Shown here in pieces: positions 20,790 through 29,588 of a stretch of 64,000 nucleotides of DNA (its first letter is position 1; every line of letters starts with the position of its first letter). Origin of the DNA: a virus. The notes beneath the pieces were generated by a model, which worked only from the letters and a program-made list of their open reading frames with translations, was not told the DNA's origin and ran no database searches. A program made the position numbers and the translations under genes. The DNA is taken from the IMG/VR virus record IMGVR_UViG_3300020439_000004, positions 1 through 64,000 of that record; one strand, written 5' to 3'.

Positions 20790-22175
20790 ATGGACGAAAA
20801 GAGATTTTACGTTTACGCATATCTCCGTGAAGATGGGACTCCTTATTACATAGGTAAGGGTTGTAAGAATAGAGCTTATGACTATCATCGTCATAATATA
20901 AAACCGCCTAAAGATAAAAATAGAATAATTTTTTTAAAAAAGGGGCTAACTGATCAAGAGGCATACGATTATGAAAAAGAAATGATTTCTTTTTACGGTA
21001 GGAAAGACTTAGGGACTGGTATTTTAAGAAACTTATCAGACGGAGGTCACGGCCCATTGAACCCCTCCCCAGAATCAAGAAAGAAAAACTCTGAAAGAAA
21101 TAAAAAAGCATATGCTGAAGGGAAGCATCCTTTATCTAAATTGACCAAATTTGAAAGAGTCATTTATGGTCATCTAGCGACAGAAGCTCGCAAAAAATCT
21201 GAATGGTTCAAAGAAAACCCAGAATATTGGGGTGGTTCCCTTGGGAGAACGCCAGAAAAACATAAAAAAGATAGTAAAAAAGCGTGGCAAAAAGGGCTTT
21301 CGAAATGGATGGAAGATACTAAAGATGATCCAATTTGGCAAAAATACAGAAAAGAACTTTCTAGAAAAAATGGATTAAAAAATGCTAAACTAGGGATAGG
21401 TATATGTGGATTATCATCTGAAGAAAGAAGTAATATTATTAAAAATTTTTTAGCAGATCCCGTAAAAGGCCCAAAACAAAGAAAACTTTTATCAGAAAAA
21501 GGGAAAAAGCAATATGCACAGGGAATAGGTATAGCATCTGAAGAAGCAAAACAAAAATCAAGAGAAGTTAATCTTGAAAGAACTGGACATGATTTTACAG
21601 TTAGAAGTCCAGATGGGAAAATACATACTGGTCATGGCATAAAACCATTTGCTAGAAAACACGGAATACCCATGGAGTCATTCAGGGCTTTAGTGCAGGG
21701 CAAAACTCCAAAAGTTTGTGGTTGGACTTTACCTGATTATGATGAATATAAAGTGTTGAATTTATTTAGAGAAGGTTTATCAAAGGAAGAAATAAAAGAA
21801 ATAGTTGGCTACGGAGTTACTTATGTAGATAGCCACTTCCCAAAACCTGAAGAGGGTTACAAATGGTGCATATATTGTTTTGAGCAAAAACTTTTTTGTG
21901 AATTTACTAAAGATGAAACACGAAAAGATGGGTATAGAGAAAAATGCAGTCAGTGTAATCACACTCCTGAAGAATGGAGTCGAAAACAATTACTTAAAAA
22001 AGGTTATAAAAAATGTACAATTTGTGGAGAAGAGTTGTTAATAAATTCTACTAATTTTCACAAAGATGGCAAATATCCTTCTGGAGAAGTTAAATATAAA
22101 GGAGCTTGTAAAAAATGTATTCGTCCGATTGCCAGAAAAGCAGCCAGAGAAGCCTATAAAAAGAAGCTGAATTAA
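20790..22175 (+). CDS. GIY-YIG-family homing endonuclease with long C-terminal DNA-binding/CxxC region
   Basis: FYVYAYLREDGTPYYIGKG..R..., EA...E..I..YGR, L.N...GG; four CxxC motifs at the C-terminus. Confidence 0.75.
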   Translation: MDEKRFYVYAYLREDGTPYYIGKGCKNRAYDYHRHNIKPPKDKNRIIFLKKGLTDQEAYDYEKEMISFYGRKDLGTGILRNLSDGGHGPLNPSPESRKKNSERNKKAYAEGKHPLSKLTKFERVIYGHLATEARKKSEWFKENPEYWGGSLGRTPEKHKKDSKKAWQKGLSKWMEDTKDDPIWQKYRKELSRKNGLKNAKLGIGICGLSSEERSNIIKNFLADPVKGPKQRKLLSEKGKKQYAQGIGIASEEAKQKSREVNLERTGHDFTVRSPDGKIHTGHGIKPFARKHGIPMESFRALVQGKTPKVCGWTLPDYDEYKVLNLFREGLSKEEIKEIVGYGVTYVDSHFPKPEEGYKWCIYCFEQKLFCEFTKDETRKDGYREKCSQCNHTPEEWSRKQLLKKGYKKCTICGEELLINSTNFHKDGKYPSGEVKYKGACKKCIRPIARKAAREAYKKKLN

Positions 22176-22186
22176 AATAAATATAA

Positions 22187-22729
22187 ATGCATATTGATAT
22201 AAAAAGTTTAGTCGAAAAGGGCAAAGCAAAAAAAATAAAAAATCACGAAGATTATATTGTGACAAAAAATGGTAGAGTTTTTAGTTGTAAATCTAATAAA
22301 TTTTTAAAACCTTATTTATGTGGCAAAAAAGGTAAAGAGTATAAAACTGTTTCTTTATATAAAAAAGGTAAGGAAGATAAAAGAACTGTACACTCCTTAG
22401 TTGCTGAAGCTTTTATTGGGAAAAGACCAAAAAATAAAATTGTTGGTCATATAGATGGTAATAGGTTTAATAATCATGCAGACAATCTTGAATATGTAAC
22501 AGAGTCACAAAATCGTGTGAATACTTATTATAGAAAAGCGAATAAAAGTAGTCCTTACATGGGAGTTTGTATATCCAAAGGTAAAATTCGTGCTACAACA
22601 TATCGTGACGAGGGAGAGTTTTTTGATTGTGAAATAGAGGCTGCAAAAGCATATGATAGAGCAGTTTACAAAAAATTCGGCAAACACGCATTATGTAAGT
22701 TGAACTTTCCAGAATTAATAGATGAATAA
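22187..22729 (+). CDS. NUMOD4-HNH endonuclease with AP2-like domain
   Basis: VHSLVAEAF..VGHIDGNRFNNHADNLE...N; YMGV...EAAKAYD...LNFP. Confidence 0.85.
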   Translation: MHIDIKSLVEKGKAKKIKNHEDYIVTKNGRVFSCKSNKFLKPYLCGKKGKEYKTVSLYKKGKEDKRTVHSLVAEAFIGKRPKNKIVGHIDGNRFNNHADNLEYVTESQNRVNTYYRKANKSSPYMGVCISKGKIRATTYRDEGEFFDCEIEAAKAYDRAVYKKFGKHALCKLNFPELIDE

Positions 22730-22859
22730 AAAATAATTATGATATATATAATTGGAGCAATAATTTGGGTAATAGCTAATATATTAATACTAAGATTCTT
22801 TTCTGTTTGTAAGAGCGACAAGCATAGACCAAGAGATTCTGAGCTAAATAATAGAATAA

Positions 22860-23390
22860 ATGCTAATAGTCCATATAATGATGGCTATACAAGAGAATTT
22901 TATGAGTGAAAATCCACATAAGTTATTTATAAATAATGCCAAAAACAGTATTGGAGCCGTTATGTTTGTAGCAGAATGGGCGGTTTTAAAAGGTTTTGAT
23001 GTAGAAATAAAAGGAATGAAGTTTGCCAAAAACTATGGTGAATGGAAATCTTGTGCAGATGACGGCTTTGATTTAACAATTATTAATGATTCGGGCGTTA
23101 GAAAAACAATCAATGTAAAGAAAAATAGAAAATCTTTTTCTTCTGTAAATGATTTTACTAGCAACTTTAAATATTTCGAAAGACCAATTTTAGTTAGTGC
23201 TACTCATGTTAATACTCCAGATATTACTCTTATATTAAGTTCTGATTATAATGGAGCAATTAAAATAAAAAAAGAAACAAAAGAGTTTTGGGGCATAAGA
23301 AAGAATGTATTTGATGCAAGATACAATACTACCCAAGATTGCTTTGATGTCTCAAATGATCATGTAGAATGGGTTAATTTTAAAGATTAG
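22860..23390 (+). CDS. hypothetical protein, possibly PD-(D/E)xK-like fold
   Basis: DDGFDL...INVK spacing; start uncertain (possibly MSENPH). Confidence 0.4.
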   Translation: MLIVHIMMAIQENFMSENPHKLFINNAKNSIGAVMFVAEWAVLKGFDVEIKGMKFAKNYGEWKSCADDGFDLTIINDSGVRKTINVKKNRKSFSSVNDFTSNFKYFERPILVSATHVNTPDITLILSSDYNGAIKIKKETKEFWGIRKNVFDARYNTTQDCFDVSNDHVEWVNFKD

Positions 23391-23394
23391 TAGA

Positions 23395-23907
23395 ATGAAA
23401 GCTAAACCACTACCACCGCTAGAAGAATTAAAAGAATTCTTAGATTATAATCCAGATACAGGGATATTTACTTGGATAAAAAAACCAAGTAAAAAAATAA
23501 AAGTTGGTCAACAAGCTGGAAAAATGCATACTAAAGGTTACATCCAGATTACATTTAGAGGATTTTTATATCTTGCTCATAGATTAGCTTATTATATGTA
23601 TCATGGTGTAGACCCACTGGAAAACCTTGTAGACCATAAATACGGGGATAAGACTAATAACAAGATTAAGAATTTAAGATTAGCGAATAAATTTCAAAAT
23701 AGTACGAATCGTGTTAATTTACCTAGTAATAATAATAGCGGTGTAATAGGAGTGTGTTGGGATAAAAACGCTAAAAAGTGGAGATCGCAGATTGTAGTAA
23801 ATAAAGTTCAAAAACACTTAGGATTTTTCATTAATAAAGAAGATGCAATAAAAGCCCGTAGAGAAGCAGAGATAAAATATTTTGGTGACTTTCGGGGCAA
23901 TATTTAA
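23395..23907 (+). CDS. HNH endonuclease with AP2 domain
   Basis: LDYNPDTGIFTW, AHRLAY, VDH..GDKTNNKIKNLR, SGVIGV.W..KWRSQI..HLGFF. Confidence 0.9.
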   Translation: MKAKPLPPLEELKEFLDYNPDTGIFTWIKKPSKKIKVGQQAGKMHTKGYIQITFRGFLYLAHRLAYYMYHGVDPLENLVDHKYGDKTNNKIKNLRLANKFQNSTNRVNLPSNNNSGVIGVCWDKNAKKWRSQIVVNKVQKHLGFFINKEDAIKARREAEIKYFGDFRGNI

Positions 23908-24138
23908 CATAATTTATAATAAATTATTTTTAATTACCTTTTTATTATTTTTTATTAATTTAAAATACAGTATCCTACCTATACATACCATATAATCATA
24001 TAGATAAGTATAATAGAGAATATAAAGAATAGACTGATAATATAGCATTTGGGAGATATTGGGGCAAATTGGAGAAAGATGTAGGATAGTACCGCCCTCC
24101 CTAAAAATAAAATATATACTATTATATTAGCGTGAAGG

Positions 24139-24404
24139 GCTAGTTTGTGGGATATTTTAGCAAATAAAAGCTAATTCTAGCTTATTTCTTGCGTTTAATT
24201 TAAATTAATAAAAATTAATTTAAATTAATTAATATTATTTTTTATTATTTTTTATTCGAATTTAAATTAATAAAAATACAATTTAAATTAATTTTTATTC
24301 GTGCCAGAATGTCAGATATTGGGCGTAATAAAGGGCGCTAGGTTGTCGGATATTTTCCTTAATAAGCGAAGCTAGAATGTCAGATATTTTTCTTAATAAG
24401 TGTA
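24139..24404. repeat. iteron-like 34-bp imperfect tandem repeats in AT-rich intergenic DNA
   Basis: GCyAGnnTGTCrGATATT units at 24303, 24337 and 24371 (34-bp period) plus a diverged copy at 24139. Confidence 0.75.
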
Positions 24405-24540
24405 AGTATAAAAGTCGCCACTTTATACTAAAAAACCTTAATAAGCATGAATAGAATAGAAGCATTATTATATTTGTTGTTTTGTATAATCACACTTTAT
24501 CTTTTGTGTGACTTAATTTTATTTTAATTAATTTTTATTC

Positions 24541-24569
24541 TTGACGAGTACCATCGCAGATGGTACTAT
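24541..24569 (+). promoter_or_regulatory. sigma70 promoter overlapped by a perfect inverted repeat
   Basis: TTGACG-N17-TACTAT; AGTACCATC-GCA-GATGGTACT at 24547-24567. Confidence 0.6.
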
Positions 24570-24577
24570 ATGGCATC

Positions 24578-24877
24578 ATGAATAAAGCTATAAAATATCC
24601 ATTGCCCACAGTTAACTTCAATGGCACTGACAGGGAGACTCTACTCAAAGATAATGTGAGAATCCTATCTGCTATTGCTGATCTAAGAGAAGCTATTAAT
24701 GCTAGTACATTTCACCCACGAGATTACAACACATACGGGCCAAATCCTAACGCATATGAATGCCGACCTCCTTATCAGGAAGCAAGAGATGAGCGGGCTA
24801 AACACATAAAAAAGATTAATGAATTCGCTGAGTATATTGAGCAACACATAGAACACTTAGTAGAAGAAAATTATTAA
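24578..24877 (+). CDS. hypothetical protein
   Basis: Start moved to MNKAIKYP, downstream of the promoter. Confidence 0.6.
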   Translation: MNKAIKYPLPTVNFNGTDRETLLKDNVRILSAIADLREAINASTFHPRDYNTYGPNPNAYECRPPYQEARDERAKHIKKINEFAEYIEQHIEHLVEENY

Positions 24878-24953
24878 TGCCCTCTTTATCAGAACTAACA
24901 TTATTTATTATTATATTAGCCACCATTATATTAACTATTGCCCAATTACTATC

Positions 24954-25460
24954 ATGCACCCAAATAAACTAATTCATATTCAGCTATTCGCCATTAATAA
25001 ACTAAAAGAATTTGGTCTTTTCGAGCAGGGATGGAGGTTTGTGTGGGATAAATCTGTTTGTAGATATGGCCAGTGTAGACATACTAAAAAAGAAATTGGT
25101 ATTAGCAAAAAATTAACACAAATAAATGAAATAAGCGAATCAGAGGACACCGTACTGCATGAGCTTGCTCATGCACTCGTAGGCAGTGGACATGGACATA
25201 ACGCTGTATGGAAGCAAATGTGTGTTAAGATAGGTGCAAAGCCTGAGAGTTGCTACAAGGATGAAGACCATGGTGGCAAGGTTAAATCAGTAAAACCCAA
25301 ATATATAGTTGTTAATAAAGATACAGGTGAAATCTACTGTAGATATCATAGAAGACCGAAGATTAAAGATTGGTCTACTAGGTGGATAGGCGGCAAGAAG
25401 GCAGAAACATATGGTAAGCTAGAATTAAGGTCAGCGCTAGGTTGTAGGTTAAAGCTATAA
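24954..25460 (+). CDS. SprT-like zinc metalloprotease
   Basis: YGQC...I.IS, DTVLHELAHAL, HGHNAVWKQMCVKIG. Confidence 0.85.
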   Translation: MHPNKLIHIQLFAINKLKEFGLFEQGWRFVWDKSVCRYGQCRHTKKEIGISKKLTQINEISESEDTVLHELAHALVGSGHGHNAVWKQMCVKIGAKPESCYKDEDHGGKVKSVKPKYIVVNKDTGEIYCRYHRRPKIKDWSTRWIGGKKAETYGKLELRSALGCRLKL

Positions 25461-25528
25461 TAAACAAATAAGTGTGTTGTAGTTTTTCTTATTATTTATA
25501 TTATTACTTTATTTAGAGGTTAACTTCT

Positions 25529-25607
25529 GAAAGTCATTGAGGCTTAGGGAGTTACACCGCTGGCGGTATGCCGCGCCCGCCTAACTCGTTGGTATCCAAC
25601 GACTTAC
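25529..25607. repeat. tripartite palindromic element copy 1
   Basis: GAAAGTCATTG-AGGCT-TAGGGAGTTAC / 25-bp spacer containing GCGGTATGCCGC / CTAACTCGTTG-GTATC-CAACGACTTAC. Confidence 0.9.
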
Positions 25608-25734
25608 GACATTTTTTCTTATTTAATCGCTTCTTTTTATCCGTGTGGCTAGTGGTGGGCGGTGGCATCGGGTGGCGCACCATGTTTCTACCCTCTAGTG
25701 AGTTAGTCGGCAATTTTGGTTTCTTCTTTTTCAT
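25552..25734 (-). CDS. small basic protein
   Basis: MKKKKPK...RHPMPPPT...DKKK...KKKCRK; its 3' end runs through element 1. Confidence 0.5.
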   Translation of the reverse strand: MKKKKPKLPTNSLEGRNMVRHPMPPPTTSHTDKKKRLNKKKCRKSLDTNELGGRGIPPAV

Positions 25735-25747
25735 AATCTTTTTTTCA

Positions 25748-25849
25748 TGCACCAGTTAGGTGATCAACAGAGGGAAAGAAAAGGGCAATATGAGAAACCC
25801 TGAAACCCTCGTTCTAGGATCTCCCTAGACTCTACTCCTAACTGATGCA
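25748..25849 (-). ncRNA. candidate structured RNA (three-way junction)
   Basis: 13-bp closing stem TGCATCAGTTAGG/CCTAACTGGTGCA; inner TCTAGG/CCTAGA and GAGGG/CCCTC. Confidence 0.5.
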
Positions 25850-25866
25850 CAATTTACCAAAACAAA

Positions 25867-26659
25867 TTATTTTTTATTTTTAGCCATCTGTTCTTGATAG
25901 CTATTATTCATTTGATCTCTAAAACTGTATGTTCCTATTCCCTTCTTGCGAAGCCATGCTTCGCAAGCATCCCCCACAATCTTAGAAAGATTTTCATACG
26001 TTTCTTTTTTTTCTTGGTCTATTATATTTGGCTCGTGCTGTATACTTCTCATGTTAAAAACTGAATTACTGTTACAAAAAGTGTGATTACTATTAAACTA
26101 AAAAGGATTGTATCGCTTGGCATTTTTTTAAATGCTCATGCCGTCTTTTAATGTACCACGCCTATCTTTATAGATCAACTCAATTACCATTTTTTCTATC
26201 GGGTCATTCTCTACAAAGTAAGGCGGTAATTCATCTAGAACTTCTGAACCGTCTATATGTGGAATCTTCTTAAACATCTTTGCTTGATATGTCTTAACGG
26301 CATTCATTAAGCCCTTGCTGTTATCGTACTTGATGTCTAGTAGAACTTGTGTCTCTTCTAGGAAAACACGAATTTGATTTGTGTGATTAGCTGTCATTTT
26401 TTTGTCTTTCTTCTCTTACTGATATTACTAAAGTTTCTCTCATTGGATCAAACTTGCAATCCAAAAGTGTTTCTATATATTGCATATCCTCGCTGCAATT
26501 CATGCAAACGGGAGTTCCATTGTCTTCGTACCAGTCAGGGCTAACCTCTACGGTATGAACTGAGCTATTCCATTTTATACCTTCAGGATCATTGCGTCCA
26601 TCACAAACACATCTCCAACGGTGTAAAATCTTTTCGTCTTTTATTGGTCTCCAACCCAT
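25867..26659 (-). CDS. three small hypothetical genes (25867-26052, 26128-26397, 26387-26659)
   Basis: Same strand as the block; the last has a CxC...CxxC zinc-binding pattern. Confidence 0.55.
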
Positions 26660-26660
26660 C

Positions 26661-27374
26661 TTATTTCTTCTGGTTTTGTTGTTCCGATTCCGACTTTACC
26701 TTCACAACAAATCCCGAATTGTCGTGCTTGGCTTTGCCTTTTGCTTCTAGTCCGATTATTTTACCATGAGGATCAGTAAAACGCAAGTCATGATCGTCGC
26801 CACTGATTACTTCCATGCCCTCCCAAGTATTTGGAATCTCATCAAACACAACTGCAACATTACCGCCTTTTTTAATTACTTCTTTTATAAACTCAGTATC
26901 TGTCGTTTCGTCTCTGCTAAAAGTAAGATGATAGTTGTGGGGCATTTCATGAGAAAGAAACGCCATTATTCTTTCTTTGCTTTTAGTATAGTCATAGAAC
27001 TGATGTTTTGGGAACTCTTGCATGATGCCATATTTTTCCCAACGGATATCACTTGTTAAGTTTAAACGAAAACAAACGCTCATTTGTTTACGTGCCGCAA
27101 ACCTTATGCCCGCTTGAATGTCCTTCACTAACTGAAGCACAAACTCAAACTTATTCTCATAGAACTTATTTGTTTTGTTTATTCTAGCCTCTTGAACCAT
27201 TTTCATCATGCCCCGCCCTGCTGTATTTAAACAAGCTGCTGCACATCCTGCACTAGCATTAGGACAAACATTCCGCCCCGACAAAGTAGACGGTGCGAAG
27301 TGAAGACCGTAAGTGATAAAACCTTTTTGGAATCCTTTTAGGATTTTAGAATTGCTTAGTGTTAAGTATCTCAT
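26661..27374 (-). CDS. phage gp88-family protein
   Basis: NVCP.AS.GC...CLNTAGRG, RLNLTSD, FYDYTK, NYHLTFS, GD.HDLRF.DP, GL.AKGKAK. Confidence 0.8.
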   Translation of the reverse strand: MRYLTLSNSKILKGFQKGFITYGLHFAPSTLSGRNVCPNASAGCAAACLNTAGRGMMKMVQEARINKTNKFYENKFEFVLQLVKDIQAGIRFAARKQMSVCFRLNLTSDIRWEKYGIMQEFPKHQFYDYTKSKERIMAFLSHEMPHNYHLTFSRDETTDTEFIKEVIKKGGNVAVVFDEIPNTWEGMEVISGDDHDLRFTDPHGKIIGLEAKGKAKHDNSGFVVKVKSESEQQNQKK

Positions 27375-27375
27375 A

Positions 27376-27621
27376 TTAATCTATAACTATATTTGTGTTG
27401 TCTAACAATATCTGAAAATCGGTTACTTGTAAATCAGTTTGTAGATATTTCTTTTTTTGTTTTTTTATTTCTTTTACTGCACCATCATAAGTAAACCATC
27501 CGTTAATTGTTTGGTCGCCATTGCGATGTGTCAAAAAGACTTGAAAGTCTCTTTTGTTTTTGTTTATGTGAATTGGATATCCTTCTGTGGTTATTGGTAA
27601 ACCGTTTTTTCTTGTCTTCAT
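27376..27621 (-). CDS. hypothetical protein
   Basis: Start moved to MKTRKNG, after the promoter TTGACT-N16-TATGTT. Confidence 0.55.
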   Translation of the reverse strand: MKTRKNGLPITTEGYPIHINKNKRDFQVFLTHRNGDQTINGWFTYDGAVKEIKKQKKKYLQTDLQVTDFQILLDNTNIVID

Positions 27622-27725
27622 ATGTATAAACATAGCACCAGCGATTAAAAAGTCAATTTAAATTAATTTTTATTATTTTTTATTATTTGCTTGACTTATT
27701 CTTTTTGTGTGTTCAATGTTTGTCT

Positions 27726-27804
27726 ATAACTCCTTGAGTATCAAGGAGTTACGAAGGCGCGGCATGCCGCGCCGCCCCTAAGTCGTTGATACTTAACGAC
27801 TTAC
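27726..27804. repeat. tripartite palindromic element copy 2
   Basis: ATAACTCCTTG-AGTAT-CAAGGAGTTAC / 25 bp containing GGCGCGGCATGCCGCGCC / CTAAGTCGTTG-ATACT-TAACGACTTAC. Confidence 0.95.
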
Positions 27805-27842
27805 AGAACTTTTTACTTTATTACGTGTCAAGTTAAAAACAC

Positions 27843-27870
27843 AAAAAAAACCCGACCCTTTCGGGTCGGG
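27843..27870 (-). terminator. intrinsic terminator
   Basis: CCCGACCC-GAAA-GGGTCGGG followed by T8 on the - strand, after the DUF932 gene. Confidence 0.9.
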
Positions 27871-27890
27871 CGTGGCGAGTGCTTCCCCAC

Positions 27891-28715
27891 TTACGCGGGT
27901 AAGGCAACCTCTTCAGCTTCCACGATCACCGAGCGGTGACCTGCGACACCGTCAAAGATGCTCTGCATCTTCATGGTGCGCTCTGGGAGCTTGGACAAAT
28001 CGCCGCCCTTGAGATTCTCAGTGACAGCGTTGTAGAGGTTCCAGAGGGTGTTGCCTCTGAACTCAGGGTGACGAGGGTCACGGAACTCCTTGACCGTCTT
28101 GTAGACATCCCTCTCAGGAAGTGCCTTGTACTCGGCAAGGTCAACAGCAAGGTTGCTCGCAACCTCTGGGGAAATCTCAGTCTCCTTATAAGCTGAGATC
28201 CTCTGACCCATATCAGCCCAAGATGAGCGGATACGGCTGATAGCCTTGGCTAGCATACCGTCAAGATCCCGAAGGATATTAACAGTGTGTCTGCGAGCGA
28301 GCTTAACGTCAGACGAAAAGCACATATTGTCGCAAACCAACATGGAGTTACCCATGCAAGCGGAAGCCGCTGTGGACTTGTCGCTTGAGTTACGTAGCCC
28401 GAAGACCAAACGGCGATCATCGCCTGTGATGCCCTCACCTCTGAGAGCGAAGCCACCGAAGTAGCGTTGACCCCCTCTAGCGAGGGCGTGTTCCTCCTCC
28501 GAGATGGAGAAACCTGCTTTACCTAAAGCCTTACGTGCCTTAGAGACAAGTAGGCTGTGTGGGATCGGCGTATGAGTAGCCGTCTTTTCAGGCGTTTTTA
28601 CCGCCTTAAGCTGATCTTCTACGGATAGAAGCTCACGCTCTCTGCGAGTCCAAACCGACCCTGCCGTTGGCAAGGTGATTGGCTCCAGTTTGTTTTTTGC
28701 ATATATCAATGCCAT
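27891..28715 (-). CDS. DUF932-family protein
   Basis: TP..T.TH.PIPH, GLRNS.DKS, VCDNM, RRHT, TLWNLYNAVTE; visibly GC-richer; start moved to MALIY. Confidence 0.75.
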   Translation of the reverse strand: MALIYAKNKLEPITLPTAGSVWTRRERELLSVEDQLKAVKTPEKTATHTPIPHSLLVSKARKALGKAGFSISEEEHALARGGQRYFGGFALRGEGITGDDRRLVFGLRNSSDKSTAASACMGNSMLVCDNMCFSSDVKLARRHTVNILRDLDGMLAKAISRIRSSWADMGQRISAYKETEISPEVASNLAVDLAEYKALPERDVYKTVKEFRDPRHPEFRGNTLWNLYNAVTENLKGGDLSKLPERTMKMQSIFDGVAGHRSVIVEAEEVALPA

Positions 28716-28878
28716 GCCCAACTATAACCGCAAAAAAGAAAATGTGCAAGCACTAAAAACAAAAAAAAGAAAAAAAATCGCTCCAACATTGCCCGATATT
28801 TAGTCAAATATTTACTTGACAAAAAAACTTTATTTTTTAGTTGACAAGGGATTACATAGTAAAAGAGTAGTAATGTGT

Positions 28879-28957
28879 GTAACTCGTTGAGTATCAACGA
28901 GTTAGGGCGGCGCGGCATACCGCCATCTTCGTAACTCGTTCAGGGTGAACGAGTTAT
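28879..28957. repeat. tripartite palindromic element copy 3 (inverted relative to the others)
   Basis: GTAACTCGTTG-AGTAT-CAACGAGTTAG / 25 bp / GTAACTCGTTC-AGGGT-GAACGAGTTAT; reverse complement of the spacer aligns with copies 1 and 2. Confidence 0.95.
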
Positions 28958-28974
28958 AGAGAAAGTTAACAGAA

Positions 28975-29255
28975 CAAAAAGAAACCGCCGATAGGACAAC
29001 AACTATGAAAACCTATCGACGGCTCCCCTACTGGCGGGAGCGCTCCGTTGGGGCTTGCCTCCAGTATTTAGGTTTGGGATTGTTTCTCACTCTCGGAGCT
29101 GGCGGTAAATCCCTTTATAACCATACCAATGTTTCATCGTCACTTACCTACAACTTTTGTGCTGTAGGAGGCTAAGTTTAGGAAAACAGCTTGTCCGTCA
29201 TGTCAGGACTGAGGTATCTATCAAAGACCTCACTGTGTCTAAACTCGGTGACTAT
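28975..29255 (-). ncRNA. candidate ~280-nt highly structured ncRNA ending in a terminator-like hairpin
   Basis: Nested helices with G-U pairs favouring the - strand; no convincing ORF. Confidence 0.6.
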
Positions 29256-29262
29256 ACCCTTC

Positions 29263-29481
29263 CTAGGATTGTTCTGCGTTTAACGCAAATTTTTCGTTTA
29301 ATGTATTAGCGTGTTTGCGTGTCCACTTTACATTATCAATGAAGTGGTCAAGTTTATCATCTGCCACCTCTGACATTCTTTCTGCCAAGGTCTGATGTAC
29401 TACACCAAGCGCATAATTTAAAAGCGTTGCTTGGTCTTTGTTTTTCACTTCAATGCGAACTGATTCGGATGTCTTTGCCAT
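29263..29481 (-). CDS. hypothetical protein
   Basis: 72 aa ORF between two structured elements. Confidence 0.65.
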   Translation of the reverse strand: MAKTSESVRIEVKNKDQATLLNYALGVVHQTLAERMSEVADDKLDHFIDNVKWTRKHANTLNEKFALNAEQS

Positions 29482-29521
29482 GTTAGTTATAGTTTTATTT
29501 TTATATTATTGTGATTGATTT

Positions 29522-29588
29522 TGTAGGCTAGGGCGACGAGACCATGATCCCCTCAGAAAAAATCTCGCCACCCTTCACTATACCTACA
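29522..29588 (-). ncRNA. candidate intergenic RNA hairpin
   Basis: TGTAGG/CCTACA enclosing AGGGTGGCGAGA/TCTCGTCGCCCT (two G-U pairs on the - strand). Confidence 0.5.

Noticed and set aside
23902-23929. dif site (ATTTAACATAA is an exact XerD arm)
   Set aside because: No XerC-like arm after the 6-bp spacer; probably chance in AT-rich DNA.
28975-29255. tRNA, tmRNA or RNase P
   Set aside because: No T-loop GTTCRA, CCA end or RNase P conserved motifs seen; no tRNA gene was recognised anywhere in the window.
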